From: a virus
Taxonomy: Duplodnaviria; Caudoviricetes
IMG/VR virus record: IMGVR_UViG_2887127144_000001
Reading direction: 5' to 3' (one strand)
DNA: 64,000 bases
Part shown: piece after piece, positions 55,339 through 64,000 of the stretch
Numbering within the stretch: the stretch's first letter is position 1
How the letters are laid out: each line of letters begins with the position of its first letter
Notes under the pieces: generated by a model
Database searches by the model: none
Seen by the model: only the letters and a program-made list of their open reading frames with translations
Told to the model about the DNA's origin: nothing
Position numbers and translations under genes: made by a program

Positions 55339-55695
55339 ATGGGCACCCTGACTGTTCAATCCTGTGACCGCGACGGCCTGCAATACACCCTTGGCGCCGC
55401 AAGCACCTCGGACAACTTCGCCAACGACGGCAAGACGCTGCTGGTCTTCGTCAACGCCAACGCATCCTCGCGCACGTTGACCATCGCGGCCAACGACACC
55501 ACCAAGACCGGCTACGGCGACATCGACGTGCCGAACACGACCATCACCGTCCCCGGCTCCGGTACCAACGGCGGCCGCCTGATCGTGGGTTTCTTCCCCC
55601 AGGCCCGCTTCAACGACGTCGGCGGCCGCGTGAACTACACGCTCGACAACGCCACGGACATGTCCGTAGCCGCCGTCAGCGTGGCCTCCCAGTGA
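55339..55695 (+). CDS. Hypothetical virion protein
   Basis: AAGGAG RBS; beta-rich; FANDGKTLL-x-F-x-N motif. Confidence 0.65.
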   Translation: MGTLTVQSCDRDGLQYTLGAASTSDNFANDGKTLLVFVNANASSRTLTIAANDTTKTGYGDIDVPNTTITVPGSGTNGGRLIVGFFPQARFNDVGGRVNYTLDNATDMSVAAVSVASQ

Positions 55696-56114
55696 CGGCC
55701 TTCGAACCTGCCCGCCCTCGTTATGTCCTTCCCTTCGCCGGGAAGGACTACGAGCTCTTCGGCACCATGGAGGTGATCGAGGCCATCGAGTTCTCCATGA
55801 AGGAAAGCGTGCTGGACGTCTGCTTCCGCGTCATCGACATGGGCGTTACGGATACCGCGAGAGTCATAGCGGCTATCCTCTCGGCCAGCGGGCACAAGGA
55901 TCACTCGCCTCGTTCGGTGAGTCAGGCCCTCATGGACATGGGTGTGGCCGGGCAAGCGTTCACCGTGCTGAGAGCACATATCAGCTGCTTCCTGCAGATC
56001 ATCCTGCAGCCCCCCGAACTGCGCGAGGAGACCGCGAAGCGGATGGGGGAGGTGATGGGGAAGTTCGACGCCCGGACCGCTTCCCCTGGCGAGAATACCA
56101 GCAGTTCTGCCTAG
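55692..56114 (+). CDS. Tail assembly chaperone (gpG-like)
   Basis: Position between tail tube and tape measure; G-rich slippery sites near the 3' end. Confidence 0.7.
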   Translation: MTAFEPARPRYVLPFAGKDYELFGTMEVIEAIEFSMKESVLDVCFRVIDMGVTDTARVIAAILSASGHKDHSPRSVSQALMDMGVAGQAFTVLRAHISCFLQIILQPPELREETAKRMGEVMGKFDARTASPGENTSSSA

Positions 56115-56320
56115 GGGCGCTGCGCTGGCCGCCATCCGAGTTCTGGAAGGCCACGACGTGGGACGTGATGCGGGCGCAGAAGGGATACCTGGCGAGCAAG
56201 GGCGTAAAGACAGACCAGCCGCATCAGCACAAGCCCACTAGCGAGGACGTGAAGCGATGGAAGGCGTTGATTCGGGAGGCCGAGATTGAAGAAGCCAAGC
56301 ATAAGCAGGAAGCGAAATGA
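56045..56320 (+). CDS. Tail assembly chaperone extension (gpT-like), -1 frame
   Basis: The -1 frame is open to TGA 56318-56320 and reads ...FCLGALRWPPSEFWKATTWDV..., a typical gpT motif. Confidence 0.65.
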   Translation, partial: GGGDGEVRRPDRFPWREYQQFCLGALRWPPSEFWKATTWDVMRAQKGYLASKGVKTDQPHQHKPTSEDVKRWKALIREAEIEEAKHKQEAK

Positions 56321-58047
56321 CGGATATCGGTGAACTCGTAGTCAGGATCAAGGCCGACGCTGCTCAACTGGAGCGCGAGATCAAGAAGGCGAACGGCGTC
56401 GTCAAGAAGAGCGCAGGAGAGATGGAGCTTTCCGTCAGCAGCCTGCGTCGGCAGTTCATCGCACTGACCGCGGCCATCGGCGGAGCCCAGATCGTTCGGT
56501 CGATCATGACCTACGAGAAGCTGCAAGCGTCGCTCAAGACCGTGACGGGCTCCGCCGAGGCTGCCAGTCGGGCTTTCTCCCTGATCGAGGGCTTCGCTGC
56601 GACGACCCCGTTTTCGCTGGAGCAGGTAACTGCCGCATTCATCAAGCTGAAGGCCCTTGGCCTGACTCCTTCCGAGGAAGCGTTGCGCTCCTACGGGAAC
56701 ACCGCCTCCGCGATGGGCAAGTCTCTCAATCAGATGATCGAGGCCGTCGCCGACGCGACTACCGGTGAGTTTGAACGCCTGAAGGAGTTCGGGATTAAGA
56801 CCCGCCAGGAAGGCGACTCCGTGGTGTTCACCTTCCAGGGGATGTCGACCAAGGTCGGTAAGAATGCGGCGGAGATCGAAGGCTATCTCCGCAAGATCGG
56901 CGACGTGAACTTCGCCGGGGCGATGAAAGAGCAGGAGAACACGGTCAGCACCGCCCTGTCCAACATGGGGGACAGTTTCGGCAAGCTTGCCAAGCAGATC
57001 GGCGACGCCGGCCTCAGCGAGATCATCATCGCGATTGCTAACACGATCCGCTCAATGAACGAGGAGATGGCGGAGACGATCCGCCTGATGACTCAGATCA
57101 ATCAGGCAGGCACGGCGAACAATACTGCCTCTCCGATCGACCTTCAGGACAACTTCCCCACCACGACGGATCGGATGCGATTTGGCCAGCGCCCGAGGAG
57201 GGCATCGCAGGTCAGCGACACCCCATTCGGCCCTGAGTTTCAGCAGCCACGGTCCGCTTCCGTGGACGAGAAGGCGGTCGAGAGGATCAAGAAGGGGCGA
57301 GAGGCGCTGTCAGACTACAACCGCGCCCTCCGCGAGGAGCAAGTGCTTCTCGGCCTCTCTGGCCGCGACCGGGCTGCGCAGGAGTCGAGATTTCGCGTGG
57401 AGGAGATAGCCCGCAAAAGCGGCATCAAGCTCACAAATGAGCAGATCGAGGCGAACGCCGAACTCGCGGCCTCGAATTACGACCTGCAGGAGGCGCAGGA
57501 AAAAATGAAAGAATCTATGCGGGAGGCGGAGCAGATCCGCGCCCTGTTCTACGATCGCCTGACCAGCAGCCTGACCGACGTAGTGTTCCGCGCCAACAGC
57601 GCCCGCGACGCAATGCTCGGGTTCGCCGAATCCATCGCCCGCGCCGCCTTCGAGCGAAAGGTTGCCGGGCCGCTGGCAGATGCCCTAGTCGGCAGAAACG
57701 GCGGAACCGGCCTGTTGGACAGTGTCTTCGACAGCATTGGCGGCGCGTTCGGAGGCTTCTTCGCAGACGGTGGCCGCCCTCCAGTGGGCGTCCCGTCCAT
57801 CGTCGGTGAGCGCGGGCCGGAGCTATTCGTGCCTGATTCAGCCGGCACCGTCATCCCGAACCACTCGCTCGGCGGGCAGTCCGTGACCGTGTACCAGAGC
57901 TTCAACCTGAACCCGGGGGCCACCGAGCAGACCGTGGCCCAGCTCCGCAACCTGGTGCCGAGCATCATGGCCGAGACCAAGGCCGCGGTGTTCGCCGAAA
58001 TGCAGCGTGGCGGCACGGGTAGCAAGATCATCGGAGCGAGGAACTGA
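56317..58047 (+). CDS. Tail tape measure protein
   Basis: IGELVVRIKAD start, FAATTPFSLEQV, TGEFERLKEFG, FADGG-x-P...VGERGPELFVP. Confidence 0.92.
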   Translation: MTDIGELVVRIKADAAQLEREIKKANGVVKKSAGEMELSVSSLRRQFIALTAAIGGAQIVRSIMTYEKLQASLKTVTGSAEAASRAFSLIEGFAATTPFSLEQVTAAFIKLKALGLTPSEEALRSYGNTASAMGKSLNQMIEAVADATTGEFERLKEFGIKTRQEGDSVVFTFQGMSTKVGKNAAEIEGYLRKIGDVNFAGAMKEQENTVSTALSNMGDSFGKLAKQIGDAGLSEIIIAIANTIRSMNEEMAETIRLMTQINQAGTANNTASPIDLQDNFPTTTDRMRFGQRPRRASQVSDTPFGPEFQQPRSASVDEKAVERIKKGREALSDYNRALREEQVLLGLSGRDRAAQESRFRVEEIARKSGIKLTNEQIEANAELAASNYDLQEAQEKMKESMREAEQIRALFYDRLTSSLTDVVFRANSARDAMLGFAESIARAAFERKVAGPLADALVGRNGGTGLLDSVFDSIGGAFGGFFADGGRPPVGVPSIVGERGPELFVPDSAGTVIPNHSLGGQSVTVYQSFNLNPGATEQTVAQLRNLVPSIMAETKAAVFAEMQRGGTGSKIIGARN

Positions 58048-58652
58048 TGCCCATCGACATGCCCACCCTCCCAGGATTCAACGGCAGCCGCTTCGGTTTG
58101 GAGACAAATACCCAGCGGTTCGAGAGCCCCTTCACCCGCTCCGTGCAGCGAGTCGCCCTCGGCGGCTCCCGATGGATCGCGACCTACAGCCTCCCCCCGA
58201 TGAAGCGGGAGCGGGCCGCCGAGTGGCAGGCCTTCTTCCTGAATCTGGAGGGCGGGGCGAACACGTTCAACGCCTTCGACCCGGACGCAAGGCGTCCGCG
58301 AGGGGTGGCGACTGGCTCGCCGCTTGTGAAGGGCGGTTCCCAGACCGGCAGCACGCTGAACATCGACGGCGCGACCGCGAACATCCTGGCATGGCTCCGG
58401 CCCGGCGACTACTTCTCGGTGAACGGCGAGTTGAAGATGGTCACCGCCCCGGCGAACACGGACAGCAGCGGTGAGGCGACGATCAGCTTCAAGCCCGCCT
58501 TGCGGAACAGCCCCCCGGACAATACGCCCATCATTCTCGACAAGCCGACCTGCACCATGGCCCTGGTGGACGACCAGCAGGCCATCTGGGAGTGCGACGT
58601 GGTCGGTCTGTACCAGCCTAAGACGTTCTCGGCGATCGAGGTGTTTAGCTGA
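58047..58652 (+). CDS. Distal tail protein (Dit-like)
   Basis: FESPFT-x-x-x-Q, W-x-A-x-x-SLPP, AFF-x-x-L-x-G, GDYFSVNG, I-x-F-x-PALR; follows the tape measure gene. Confidence 0.8.
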   Translation: MPIDMPTLPGFNGSRFGLETNTQRFESPFTRSVQRVALGGSRWIATYSLPPMKRERAAEWQAFFLNLEGGANTFNAFDPDARRPRGVATGSPLVKGGSQTGSTLNIDGATANILAWLRPGDYFSVNGELKMVTAPANTDSSGEATISFKPALRNSPPDNTPIILDKPTCTMALVDDQQAIWECDVVGLYQPKTFSAIEVFS

Positions 58653-58920
58653 GGAACGGCTCTACTGGACCACTACGTGCCTGCCCATGAACAGGAGATG
58701 GAGGCCCGTTGCCCGGTCGTAGTAGATGACGAACAGCGGTCGGCCTTCCGAATCCGTTGCCCTCATCAAGTGGCACAGCTCGTGTCGTTTAACCCTGACG
58801 CAGCCGCCGAGATTCGCCTGATCGATGGCGGACTCCAGCGCAGCCTGCTGGGAAGGTCGATTCGATTCGGTCTCCATACGCCGTCAACCGTATCAGAAAC
58901 AACATAGCCGTCAACGATTT

Positions 58921-59835
58921 ATGACCGACACCCTGAACCTAGACCGCGCCATCCCGACCCTGACCGAGGAATTCGACCGCCTGCTCGAGTGGCGACGGGG
59001 CTGCACGCAGGTAGACGCCAAGCCGCTCCCGTTGAACGACCCCGGCTTCAATTGGGCCGCCGGATACGTCTGGAACCACCCGATCGTAGGCCCTGACGCG
59101 CCGAAGGAGAAGTGGCCCGCAAAGAAAGCCGCCTCCTACCCGGCGTGGACCTCGAACCTTGGCTCCGGCGCCGTGGATGTCTGTCCGAATGGCGACATGA
59201 TCCGCAGAATGGGCCGCAGCCTGGGGCCGTTCGACCTGTCGGGCAGCCAGGAACTTCTGGTATCGGCGAAGCCGCTGCCCGCCTACCTGGCCAAGACCGT
59301 TGGCCCCCAGGACCGGGTGAACGGCGCGGCCCCCGCCTACATGGGCGGGGCCTTCGTCAGCTTCCCCTACTCGCAGACCTTCGGCGTGTTCGAGATGCGG
59401 GCAAGGATCGCCAAAGGCAAGGGCCTCTGGCCTGCGTTCTGGCTGCTGCCGTGCGACCACTCCTGGCCGCCCGAGATCGACGTGATGGAGGTGCTCGGCA
59501 AGAGCCCCGAGACCGTCGTCTCGACCCTCCACTTCAAGGACCCGTCCGGCAAGCACAAGCAGGCGTCCGGGATCCTCAAGGGGGCTGACCTGAGCCTCGC
59601 AGTCCACGATTACGCCGTGGACTGGGGGCCGGAGGTCATCCGCTTCTACCTCGACGGCCGCCTGTTCTTCACCCATCCGACCCCTGCCTCCATGAAGAAG
59701 CCGCATTACCTGATCGTTGACCACGCCGTCGGCGGCCCGAAAAGCTGGCCAGGAGCGCCAGACGCGACCACCAAATTCCCCGCCCAGATGAGGATCTCCC
59801 ACATCCGCGCCTGGCAGCGGCCCGAGTACCTATGA
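58921..59835 (+). CDS. GH16 glycoside hydrolase (beta-glucanase/EPS depolymerase-like)
   Basis: FSQTFG-like YSQTFGVFEMRA, GLWPAFWLLP, catalytic EIDVME, HDYAVDW, FYLDG. Confidence 0.9.
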   Translation: MTDTLNLDRAIPTLTEEFDRLLEWRRGCTQVDAKPLPLNDPGFNWAAGYVWNHPIVGPDAPKEKWPAKKAASYPAWTSNLGSGAVDVCPNGDMIRRMGRSLGPFDLSGSQELLVSAKPLPAYLAKTVGPQDRVNGAAPAYMGGAFVSFPYSQTFGVFEMRARIAKGKGLWPAFWLLPCDHSWPPEIDVMEVLGKSPETVVSTLHFKDPSGKHKQASGILKGADLSLAVHDYAVDWGPEVIRFYLDGRLFFTHPTPASMKKPHYLIVDHAVGGPKSWPGAPDATTKFPAQMRISHIRAWQRPEYL

Positions 59836-60407
59836 CCGGAACCCGCGACGCAGCCACCGCCACCCTGACCGCCGCCGAGCAGGACCTCATCCTGCCCGTG
59901 CTGTTCGCCAAGCTGGAGTTCGACAGCGGCGACGTGCTGGCCCATTCCTGGCTGGGCGAGATCACCTGGGGAGGCGACACCTACCTCGGCATCGGCCAGT
60001 TCGGCGGGGTGAGCCCGGCGGGCGAGCCGAGCGACCTTTCTCGCTCCGGCCTGTCCCTGACGCTCTCGAACATCCCCGGTGCCATGGGGGCGCTCGTCCT
60101 GGGCGAGTACTACCAGCGCCGCCGGGCCACGCTGTATCTGGGCTACCTCGACCAGACGACGATGCAACTCGTGGACGACCCCGTGATCGTCTACCGCGGC
60201 CGCATGGACAACTCGCGCATCAAGCAGGACGGGAAGACCTTCACGGTGACGGTCAACGTCGAGAGCGCCTTCGCCGCGTGGGACAAGCCGCAGATCAGGC
60301 GGTTCAACAACGCCTATCAGCAGTCGGTGTACCCCGGCGACCGGGGCTTCGAGTTCGCGGAGCAGGCAGCGGATAAACAAGTAGTTTGGGGCGGGAAGCT
60401 GACGTGA
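59832..60407 (+). CDS. Baseplate hub / minor tail protein
   Basis: ITWGGDTYLGIG, LSLTLS, YRGRMD, QQSVYPGDRGFEF...VVWG. Confidence 0.8.
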   Translation: MTGTRDAATATLTAAEQDLILPVLFAKLEFDSGDVLAHSWLGEITWGGDTYLGIGQFGGVSPAGEPSDLSRSGLSLTLSNIPGAMGALVLGEYYQRRRATLYLGYLDQTTMQLVDDPVIVYRGRMDNSRIKQDGKTFTVTVNVESAFAAWDKPQIRRFNNAYQQSVYPGDRGFEFAEQAADKQVVWGGKLT

Positions 60408-60799
60408 GGAATGAGGGCTGGGAGGCAATTCTCGCCGAGCACATCGAGCAGGCGAGGAACAATGCATTTGAATGGGGCATGAACGACTGCGCCCTCTGGT
60501 CAGCCGACTGGGTCAGGAAGGCCACGGGCGAGGACTTCGCCTCGACCTGGCGCGGCCGGTACACGACCGAGACTGAGCTGAACGCCCTGCTGGCCGCGAT
60601 GGACATCGAGTCGCCGGGCGACATCGCCTCCGAGCACCTGCCCGAGATGGACGTGCCGTTCGCCCAGCGGGGCGACATCGTGCTGCACCCGCAAGGCTGC
60701 CTCGGCATCTGCAACGGCCTGGACAGCTACTTCCTTATGGAACAGGGCGTGACCCGCATCCGCACCCGCAACTGCGTCAAAGCCTGGGCGGTGCGCTGA
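60404..60799 (+). CDS. NlpC/P60-like tail tip assembly protein
   Basis: FEWGMNDCALW-x-ADWV, AQRGDIV; position before the tip protein. Confidence 0.78.
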   Translation: MRNEGWEAILAEHIEQARNNAFEWGMNDCALWSADWVRKATGEDFASTWRGRYTTETELNALLAAMDIESPGDIASEHLPEMDVPFAQRGDIVLHPQGCLGICNGLDSYFLMEQGVTRIRTRNCVKAWAVR

Positions 60800-63426
60800 T
60801 GGGTCCGGCTGTTCCCGTCGTCGCGGCCCTCGCCGGCGCGGCAGCATCCTCGGCCATCGGGGCGACCGCCATCGGCGGCGCTTTCACCGTGGGCCTCCTG
60901 AACGCGGGCATCGGCTTCAGCGCGGGTGGCGCCATCGCATTCACGGGGGCCATCGCGGGCTTTGCCGTGTCCACGGCGGTGAACGCCGTCGGCAGCCGCA
61001 TGGTCTCGAGCAAGCCCAAGCCGGGCGCGAACACCGCCCAGGAGGTTCGCGGCCAATCGGTCATGGTCCGCTCCTCGGTCGAGAGCCACAAGATCATCTA
61101 CGGCCAGACCCGCGTTTCCGGCCCCATCGTGCTGGTCACCACCACGAACAGCGGTCCCGATTCCACCGGCGCGACGGTGACGGCCGACAACCTGTTCCTG
61201 CACATGGTCATCCCTCTTGCCGGGCACGAGGTGGAGGAGATCGGCACCGTTTATCTGAACGACGTGGCTGTCAGCCTCGACGGCAACGGCTTCGTGCAGA
61301 CCGCCCCGTACCTGAAGGACGGCAAGTCCTACGTCCGCATCAAGAAATACCTGGGAACCGCCAGCCAGACGGCGGACCCGCTGCTTATGGCGGAAGTGTC
61401 GAGCTGGACCTCGGCCCACCGCCTGCAGGGCATCCCGTACCTCTACATTCGGATGCAGTGGAACCCGGACGTCTACCCGAACGGCACGCCCAACGTCAGC
61501 GCCGTGGTCAAGGGCAAGAAGGTCTACGACCCCCGCAGCGGGCTGACCGCCTGGACCGACAACTCCGCCCTGTGCGCCCGCGACTACCTCGCGTCCGATT
61601 ACGGCTTCAACGTCGACGCCGACGAGTTGAACGACGACTTCTTCGAGGCCGCCGCCAACGTCTGCGACGAATCCGTGGCCCTCAACGCCGGCGGCACCCA
61701 GAAGCGGTACACGACCAATGGCGTGATCGACACGGCGGCCTCCCCGCTCGACAACCTGAACGCTCTGGTCGCGGCCATGGCCGGTACGGTCACCTACGTC
61801 CAGGGCAAGTTCCGGGCCTACGCGGGCGCCTACGACGCCCCGGTCGGCGACATCGACCTGGACATGGTGGTGGACGGCATCGACGTGGTCGAGAGCCCGC
61901 CCCGCCAGGACCTGTTCAACCGCGTGCAGGGCACCTACGTCGACCCGAACAAGAACTGGCAGCCGACCGATTTCCCACCGGTCACGAACAGCCTGTACGA
62001 GACGCAGGACGGGGGCGAGGTCATCCCCCGCGACGTGGTGCTGACGCTCACCAACCACCCCGAGGCCGCCCAGCGCATCGCCAAGATCATCCTGGAGCAG
62101 GGACGCCAGGGCATCCAGGTTGAGCTGAAGCTCAAGCACAGCGCCCTGTCCTACGCCGTGTGGGACACCGTGACGCTCACCAACACCCCGCTCGGCTGGG
62201 AGAGCAAGGTCTTCCGCATCAGTAACTTGCAGACGGAGGGCATCGGTCCGATCACCCTGAGCCTCCAGGAGGAGAGCGCGGCCAGCTACGACTGGGCGGC
62301 CGGTCAGGCGTCCACCTACGACGCGGCCCCGGACACGAACCTGCCCAGCCCGTTCAACGTGGCACCGCCCGTGTCGCTGACCGTGACCGAGGACTTGTAC
62401 GTCACCCGCGAGGGGGACGGCGTGAAGGCGAAGGCCATCATGAGCTGGGTCGCCTCGCCGGACGCCTTCATCTATCTATACCAGCCCGAATACAAGCTCG
62501 CGTCCGATACCGAGTGGATCCCGCTACCGCGTACCCCTTCTACGACCGCCGAGGTGTTGGACATCGCGCCGGACATCTACAACTTCCGGGTCAAGGCGAT
62601 CAACACGCTGAACGCTTCGTCGGTGTACACCGAGACCACCAAACAGATCTCGGGCCTCGCGGCCCCGCCGACCGCCCCGCAGAACCTCTACTGGACGGCC
62701 ATCGGCGGGTTGGCCTACCTGAATTGGGCTCCGTCCCCCGACCTCGACGTGCGCATCGGCGGCAAGTACGTCTTCCGCTACTCGCCGGACACTTCGGACG
62801 GGTGGGCGAACAGCACCACCATCGGCAACGCCGTGCCGGGCAGTTCGTCGCAGGCTCTCCTGCCGCTCAAGACGGGCATATATCTGGTGAAGGCCGAGGA
62901 CTCAAGCGGCGTGCAGTCATCCACCACCTCCAGCGTCATCGTGACGCAGGACACGATTTACGCCCTGTCGGTCATTGCCACGTTGACCGAGGACCCCACG
63001 TTCGGCGGTTCGAAGACCAACTGCTCGGTCTCCGGTGGCGTTCTCTCGCTCACCGACACAACCCTGCCCGGGACGTACCTGTTCAGCAGCAAGATGGACC
63101 TCGGGAGCGTAAAGCGGGTGCGCCTCACTGCGAAGTTAAAGGCCGCCGTGGTGAACCCATCCGACTTGTTCGACAGCCGCTCCGGATTGTTCGACGACGC
63201 GGAAGGCAGTTTCGACGGTGACGACACCGCGTCCGCTGATGCCGTGGTGTTCGTGCGGTCAACGCAGACTGATCCCAACGGCAGCCCGACGTGGACGGCT
63301 TGGAACCGACTGGATTCCGGTGAGTTCGTGGCAAGAGGGTTCGACTTCAAGGTAGAGCTGGTGTCATACGACTCAGCGTTCAACATCGAGATCAGCGAAT
63401 TAGAAGCAGAAGCAGCGGAGTTGTAA
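60799..63426 (+). CDS. Tail tip / central fibre (gpJ-like) protein with FN3-like repeats
   Basis: IIYGQTRVSG, VKGKKVYDPR, NSALCARDYL, FNRVQGTYVDP, YNFRVKAIN. Confidence 0.88.
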   Translation: MGPAVPVVAALAGAAASSAIGATAIGGAFTVGLLNAGIGFSAGGAIAFTGAIAGFAVSTAVNAVGSRMVSSKPKPGANTAQEVRGQSVMVRSSVESHKIIYGQTRVSGPIVLVTTTNSGPDSTGATVTADNLFLHMVIPLAGHEVEEIGTVYLNDVAVSLDGNGFVQTAPYLKDGKSYVRIKKYLGTASQTADPLLMAEVSSWTSAHRLQGIPYLYIRMQWNPDVYPNGTPNVSAVVKGKKVYDPRSGLTAWTDNSALCARDYLASDYGFNVDADELNDDFFEAAANVCDESVALNAGGTQKRYTTNGVIDTAASPLDNLNALVAAMAGTVTYVQGKFRAYAGAYDAPVGDIDLDMVVDGIDVVESPPRQDLFNRVQGTYVDPNKNWQPTDFPPVTNSLYETQDGGEVIPRDVVLTLTNHPEAAQRIAKIILEQGRQGIQVELKLKHSALSYAVWDTVTLTNTPLGWESKVFRISNLQTEGIGPITLSLQEESAASYDWAAGQASTYDAAPDTNLPSPFNVAPPVSLTVTEDLYVTREGDGVKAKAIMSWVASPDAFIYLYQPEYKLASDTEWIPLPRTPSTTAEVLDIAPDIYNFRVKAINTLNASSVYTETTKQISGLAAPPTAPQNLYWTAIGGLAYLNWAPSPDLDVRIGGKYVFRYSPDTSDGWANSTTIGNAVPGSSSQALLPLKTGIYLVKAEDSSGVQSSTTSSVIVTQDTIYALSVIATLTEDPTFGGSKTNCSVSGGVLSLTDTTLPGTYLFSSKMDLGSVKRVRLTAKLKAAVVNPSDLFDSRSGLFDDAEGSFDGDDTASADAVVFVRSTQTDPNGSPTWTAWNRLDSGEFVARGFDFKVELVSYDSAFNIEISELEAEAAEL

Positions 63427-64000
63427 GTGTCCCAGCATGATTTGGTAATCGATAACGCCACGTTCCCGTCCGTCCGTTCCGATGTGAACAGCGCCCTCCA
63501 GGCCCTCGGCAGCACGAGCAAGGGCAACAGCCGCCCGGCCACACCGTATGCCGGGCAGTTATGGCTCGACGACAACACCCCGAGCGCCACCGTGTGGTCG
63601 CTCTACATGTACGACGGCAGCGACGACATCAAGCTGGGCGAGTTCGACAGTACGGCCAACAACTTCATGCCGTTCGTCAACGGCGTCTCCCTGACCTCGT
63701 TCCTCTCGGCCTACACCTTCCCCGGCACGGAGGCCAGCCTCGCGTCGGCGTCCACCACGAACCTCGGCTCAACCGGCGTGTTCGCCGTCTCGATCACTGG
63801 CACGACGACCATTAACTCGTTCGGCAGTTCCGCCAGCACCTCGGCCCCGCTTTATTTCATCCGGTTCACCGGCGCCCTGACCATCACCCACAACGCCACC
63901 AGCCTGATCCTGCCGGGCGGGGCGAATATCACCACCGCGGCTGGGGCCACGGCGACAATGCTTTACCTCGGCTCGGGAAACTGGCGGATGCTCTCCTACG
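63427..64000 (+). CDS. Tail fibre protein, N-terminal part (truncated by the window)
   Basis: Hand translation MSQHDLVIDNATFPSVRSDVNSALQAL...YAGQLWLD...ITGTTTINSFG...LILPGGANITTAAG; open to the window end. Confidence 0.75.
   Translation, partial: MSQHDLVIDNATFPSVRSDVNSALQALGSTSKGNSRPATPYAGQLWLDDNTPSATVWSLYMYDGSDDIKLGEFDSTANNFMPFVNGVSLTSFLSAYTFPGTEASLASASTTNLGSTGVFAVSITGTTTINSFGSSASTSAPLYFIRFTGALTITHNATSLILPGGANITTAAGATATMLYLGSGNWRMLSY

Larger units (their letters stand above)
26286..64000. mobile_element. Tailed (siphovirus-type, HK97-fold) prophage or phage region, truncated at the right window edge
   Basis: Ordered early genes, recombination/replication module, terS, terL, portal, protease, capsid, connectors, tail tube, chaperones, tape measure, Dit, hub, tip and fibre. 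Confidence 0.95.

Noticed and set aside
58653-58920. Small ORFs 58677-58907 (+) and 58662-58877 (-)
   Set aside because: They overlap on opposite strands, have no recognisable motif, and I cannot tell which, if either, is real.
42892-62139. Long antisense ORFs (e.g. 46373-47674, 50813-52510, 60727-62139)
   Set aside because: They are shadows of well-supported plus-strand genes, as expected from high-GC codon bias.
41091-63426. Gene transfer agent cluster
   Set aside because: Some head and tail genes are GTA-like, but the region has its own primase, helicase, origin and early genes plus a 576-aa tape measure, which fits a true phage.
49298-64000. Diversity-generating retroelement or invertible tail-fibre switch
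   Set aside because: No reverse transcriptase or invertase was seen, and no near-identical template/variable repeat pair; the LamG paralogs are too diverged.

Overview
GC-rich bacterial window that appears to be mobile DNA from end to end; no housekeeping genes, rRNA, tRNA or CRISPR array were recognised. The left part (~1-26.2 kb) looks like an integrative/mobilisable conjugative element. It carries an AlpA-type excisionase at the window edge, a VirD4-type coupling protein, an orphan ParB, a MOBF (TrwC-type) relaxase-helicase, DUF932 and several leading-region-like stem-loops, but no VirB mating-pair genes. Phage-type cargo is interleaved with it (two DNA methyltransferases, an early-gene-like cassette), along with two candidate defence genes. 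The right part (~26.3-64 kb, running off the end) is an intact-looking siphovirus-type genome: early genes, a Sak4-like/SSB/Cas4-like/helicase recombination module, a primase-polymerase with an iteron origin, terminase, HK97-type head and non-contractile tail. No integrase, CI-type repressor or att site is visible at the junction, so the two halves may be one relaxase-carrying phage/ICE hybrid; this is the main hypothesis. Other unusual items: a head-closure protein fused to cadherin- and LamG-like domains within a neck adhesin/depolymerase cluster, a GH16 glycanase inside the tail operon, a SlyB-like lipoprotein inside the replication operon, a C39-like peptidase in the head operon, and shared charged C-terminal tails on several ICE proteins. 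All calls come from reading motifs by eye; no database searches were run.
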